Origin: Candidatus Aminicenantes bacterium
GTDB taxonomy: Bacteria > Acidobacteriota > Aminicenantia > Aminicenantales > UBA4085
Direction: 5' to 3'
DNA: 50,383 bases
NCBI GenBank assembly: GCA_026393865.1
Contig: JAPKZI010000233.1
Location: forward strand, 1-50,383
Part shown: positions 48,052-50,383 of the stretch, one piece after another
How the letters are laid out: each line of letters starts with the position of its first letter
Numbering within the stretch: the first letter of the stretch is position 1
Translations under genes and position numbers: made by a program
Notes under the pieces: generated by a model
Told to the model about the DNA's origin: nothing
Databases searched by the model: none
Seen by the model: only the letters and a program-made list of their open reading frames with translations

Positions 48052-50383
48052 TCAGATACGTCTCGGCACCCTCGTCACGGCCGCCTCCCCTTCCCGGCCG
48101 CGGGGGTTCACGACGGTGAGGGCGAAACGGTAGCTCGTGTTCTTGCGCGCCTGGCTGAACTTGAAGATGAGAGTCGCGGGATTCGGCTCGTCGATCAAGG
48201 TCCTTCGTCCCGTTTCATCAAGGAGGTAGAGCCGGTATTCTTGAACGTACGTGTTGAGTCGATTCTCTTGCCAAGTCAGAATGATCGTATCCAGCCTCGA
48301 TGTGGAAAGGGACGCCCCCAAGCGGGTGCCGGTGAAATTCACGGGAGCGTAAAGGGGCGCTTCCTTGATCGCGAATTGGACGGGAACCTGGACCGGAGCG
48401 AGGCCGGGGGAGTCGATCTTGATCGTCCCTTGATGAGTCCCCGGGTTCAAGTTCGCGGGCGCGAGCGATACCGAGAGCTCCGTCCAGGCCATCCAGGAGC
48501 TTCCGCCGGCGGCGGTCACCGAAATCCAATCCCGGTCGGGAGTGGCCGTAAAATGCAAGCCCCGACCCCCGGCGTTCCGGACCTTGAGGACCTGGGGAGG
48601 CGGAGGCGCCGGGCTGCATTCTTCCATTTCGAAAGAAAAGGCCGTCTTTTCGAGCCGAATGGCCGGGGGCGGATTCGTCAGGATGAGACTGGAATGGACG
48701 GTTCCCTCGACCCCGCCGTAGTCCGGCAGGTTGGTGAAGGGTGTCAGCTTAGTGCAGATATAATCGAACCGCGCCTGATCGCTCTTAAGGCTCAGCCGGG
48801 TGATCCCGGAAGGACCGAAAAATTCCGGTTTGGCCTTGAACCCGTCCCCGTAATGTTTCATCCAGAACGGCATTTTCCACCATAACCGCTCACCGAAATA
48901 TTTGGTCGATCCGGCGCAGACGCCGTAAAGGTCCTTGTTGTTCACCCCAACCCCGATCTTCTTGGTGTAAAAAATGTGGTCATGGCCGTAGATGAAGGCC
49001 CTCAGTCCGTAGGCCTTGCCGAGCTCGGTCAATTTGACCTGTTCGATCTTGGCCGGATCGGCATAGGGGGCATAGTCCTGGTTCGTGAACAAGGGCCCCC
49101 GTCCATAGGCGAGATGGGTCTCCGTTTCCGTCGAACCGGCCGGCCACCCGCCCAGGACGTGGTGGTAGCAGGCGAAGCTCCACTCGCTGTCGCTCTTGCT
49201 CAAGACGTTCTCGAACCATTTCAGCTGTTCGTTGCCAAGGGTCCACTCTTCGATCTTTTTCGGTTCGCGCGCATCGAACCCGCAGACATCAAGGATGATG
49301 AACTGGGCGCCGCCGCGGTTCTTGTCGTCGGCGCCCCAGGTGAAAGCGTAGTAGTTGCCTTCGGGGTGGCCGCCCTCAGGATAGGTCAGGCTGGTCGGGA
49401 ACGGAAAATATTTCTGGCGATACAGCTTCGCCTTGGCCCGCGCCCCCGTCCAGCTCTCGTCCCCATCATGGTTTCCGAGAGCCCAGTAGACGGGCATGTT
49501 GGGGGTGATGGCGGAGAACGTCTTCCGCGAACGGAGCCAGAGGACGCGGGCGATGTTGTCGTAGTCCTTTTCGGTCAGATTCTGATAAGGCAGTCCCCAG
49601 TTTTGCCAGCGATAGGAGGCCCCAATGCCGTTCGAGTCGCCGAGGTTGACGAAGAAATCCGGATCCTCGTTGGCGAGGATGTGGTAAAGCCCCTTGATCA
49701 GGCTGAAGCTGAAAGAGAACCTGTCCAGCGGCGCGCTCGGTTGCCACTTCGGATTGTTCCGCAGGCTGGACATGAAGTCGTAGAAAAAATCGCCCGTGAT
49801 CTTCGTCTGAGAATAATCGGCGGGAACGCTAAAATCGCCGTCATCGAAATTGTGATCATCGCCGGCGAAAAAGGCGTTGATCTGCCCGCCGTTCTGGAGC
49901 TTGGCGTTGGGCAGCTTGAAGTTCCGGGGAGCAAGCGCCTTCCAAGCCCCCTGCCCTTGGCAATATTGGACCTGATAATACAGCCGCGGGCTGTCATACC
50001 CGAGGATCTGATACCCGAGGATCTGGAGGTCCAAGGAGTCCTTGACGCCGGTAAACGTCTGGACGTCCGTGGTCGTGGCCAGCTTCTCGCGCCGATCGGC
50101 GACGAGCACCTTGATGTCCAGCGTCTTCCCGGTTTTGAGGAGGAGGTTGAGATCGGTCAGCCAGACGCTTGGGTCGAACGGGCTGCGGCGGACGTTGGAG
50201 ATGCGTTCGGCGGCCTCGAAGACGGCGGGGTCGTAGGGAAAAGGGAATTCCTTGCTGGTCAGCTGCTCATAGAACGGCGACTTGGGATCGACGCCGCCGG
50301 GGAGAGCGAAGGATGTCTTTGGGTCGAGGCCGGCCAGCAGGAGACCGGCTCCCCCGAGTTTAACAAACTCTCTCCGCCTCAGT
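48052..50383 (-). CDS. Tat-exported calcineurin-like metallophosphoesterase + BACON-like Ig domain + C-terminal FN3-like domain (5' end just off window)
   Basis: Frame is open to 50382 and reads LRRREFVKLGGAGLLLAG (Tat motif). Motifs GDDH, NLGD, GNHD, HH, GHDH; LKVRNAGG..WISV..L.PGTHQGTI. Confidence 0.85.
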   Translation of the reverse strand, partial: LRRREFVKLGGAGLLLAGLDPKTSFALPGGVDPKSPFYEQLTSKEFPFPYDPAVFEAAERISNVRRSPFDPSVWLTDLNLLLKTGKTLDIKVLVADRREKLATTTDVQTFTGVKDSLDLQILGYQILGYDSPRLYYQVQYCQGQGAWKALAPRNFKLPNAKLQNGGQINAFFAGDDHNFDDGDFSVPADYSQTKITGDFFYDFMSSLRNNPKWQPSAPLDRFSFSFSLIKGLYHILANEDPDFFVNLGDSNGIGASYRWQNWGLPYQNLTEKDYDNIARVLWLRSRKTFSAITPNMPVYWALGNHDGDESWTGARAKAKLYRQKYFPFPTSLTYPEGGHPEGNYYAFTWGADDKNRGGAQFIILDVCGFDAREPKKIEEWTLGNEQLKWFENVLSKSDSEWSFACYHHVLGGWPAGSTETETHLAYGRGPLFTNQDYAPYADPAKIEQVKLTELGKAYGLRAFIYGHDHIFYTKKIGVGVNNKDLYGVCAGSTKYFGERLWWKMPFWMKHYGDGFKAKPEFFGPSGITRLSLKSDQARFDYICTKLTPFTNLPDYGGVEGTVHSSLILTNPPPAIRLEKTAFSFEMEECSPAPPPPQVLKVRNAGGRGLHFTATPDRDWISVTAAGGSSWMAWTELSVSLAPANLNPGTHQGTIKIDSPGLAPVQVPVQFAIKEAPLYAPVNFTGTRLGASLSTSRLDTIILTWQENRLNTYVQEYRLYLLDETGRRTLIDEPNPATLIFKFSQARKNTSYRFALTVVNPRGREGEAAVTRVPRRI

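Overview
GC-rich bacterial chromosomal segment from a diderm organism. Gene content and order suggest Acidobacteriota/Aminicenantes, which is an inference only. Housekeeping genes: partial rlmB, carAB, an envC-S41-polysaccharide deacetylase operon, mfd with two parvulin/SurA PPIases, a PaoABC-like molybdoenzyme, wzm/wzt/rfaE2, atpF'FHAGDC, folC and accD. Main unexplained signals: (1) three unrelated exported enzymes (M6 protease, reprolysin-like protease, Tat-exported metallophosphoesterase) end in the same ~96-aa FN3-like C-terminal domain, and both proteases are directly followed by paralogous small outer-membrane beta-barrel genes, a candidate 'cargo-CTD + dedicated barrel' surface display/secretion module; (2) a SpeE-SpeD-SpeD' fusion whose two decarboxylase repeats keep complementary halves of the active site; (3) at least four families of short, highly structured intergenic repeats, three of them stacked in one 16.5-17.2 kb intergenic region; (4) a catalytically dead S41 protease, a doubly damaged folC, a truncated ATPase epsilon subunit and a 20-codon stand-alone transcription unit. 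No rRNA, tRNA, CRISPR array or transposase was recognised.
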